A stretch of DNA of 64,000 nt from Heptranchias perlo (lineage: Eukaryota), in NCBI RefSeq assembly GCF_035084215.1, contig NC_090340.1, positions 3,968,001 to 4,032,000 on the forward strand. Direction: 5' to 3'. How positions within the stretch are numbered: the first letter of the stretch is position 1; each line of letters opens with the position of its first letter. A model generated the notes under the pieces. That model worked only from the letters and a program-made list of their open reading frames with translations, ran no database searches and was not told where the DNA came from. Positions 63,401 to 64,000 of this stretch are shown here, in pieces. Made by a program: the position numbers and the translations under genes.

Positions 63401-64000
63401 GTGTGAGGAACTTGCAGTGCAGAAGCCCATGAAAAGTCTAATAGCACGTCCAAGACTAACCAGCGGCTGGTTCGCTGCTCAGAGCAAAATCCAAGTAGTA
63501 GACCACATGGGGGTAGATTTTCTTCTTCACTGCCTTGACGGCAATGTGGTAAAAGGCCAATCATATGAACTTTATAGAACTGGCCTAATGTTTATTCCAA
63601 TGATTTCAGTCGAATGAATATCAGACTGGTTCTACAATGATTGAAATCCTGCAGATTTTGCTCTGCGCTGGTCCTCCCAGCGACACTTAACATCCGATTG
63701 GTAAAGGCCAAAACAAGCCCCATTTACTTTTCCTGTTGCTAAGGAAAAGTGAATATATGGTGGGCGCTCCCACCATAAGGATATGGACATGTTGATGAAC
63801 TCAGGTAAAGAAAACTGGCCGAATGTCTCTGCAGCGCTGTGATTGAACGATGTATGAATATCAACAATGATCAAATATATAGGGAAGTGCGATTCCAACA
63901 ATCGTTAAGAAATGATAATATCTGAGAACAAGTCTTCATAACGGAAGTTGTAATTTTGGATTGGTGTTCTGGAGAATTTGCTTCATTTTCTGCGGGTGTC

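Overview
This is vertebrate genomic DNA, most likely from a cartilaginous fish (shark-type CR1, L2 and poly-A LINE content). Roughly half or more of it is retroelement debris. The functional core is a tandem + strand cluster of three paralogous, non-rearranging Ig-superfamily receptor genes with a leader / single-exon VJ-type V domain / C1-set domain / TM / cytoplasmic layout, reconstructed by hand from GT-AG boundaries and exon phases. Gene A (C1 exon onward, 572-5964) is inhibitory-type: neutral TM and a SIRPalpha-like tail with LTYASL and AEYAAI motifs. Gene B (26862-35077) is a close duplicate of A, but has a 4-bp frameshift in V and has lost the first ITIM tyrosine. Gene C (46243-53894) has an intact, nearly identical ectodomain spliced to an unrelated TM exon with an N-x-x-R motif of the FcRgamma-coupled LILRA/FcalphaRI type and no ITIM tail in the window. 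A decayed, inverted orphan copy of that activating TM exon lies at 18020-18137. Together these look like a paired inhibitory/activating VJ-C1 (SIRP/NKp30-like) receptor system, with exon-centred gene conversion and birth-and-death evolution. Most long ORFs in the supplied track are LINE reverse-transcriptase fragments or low-complexity artefacts.
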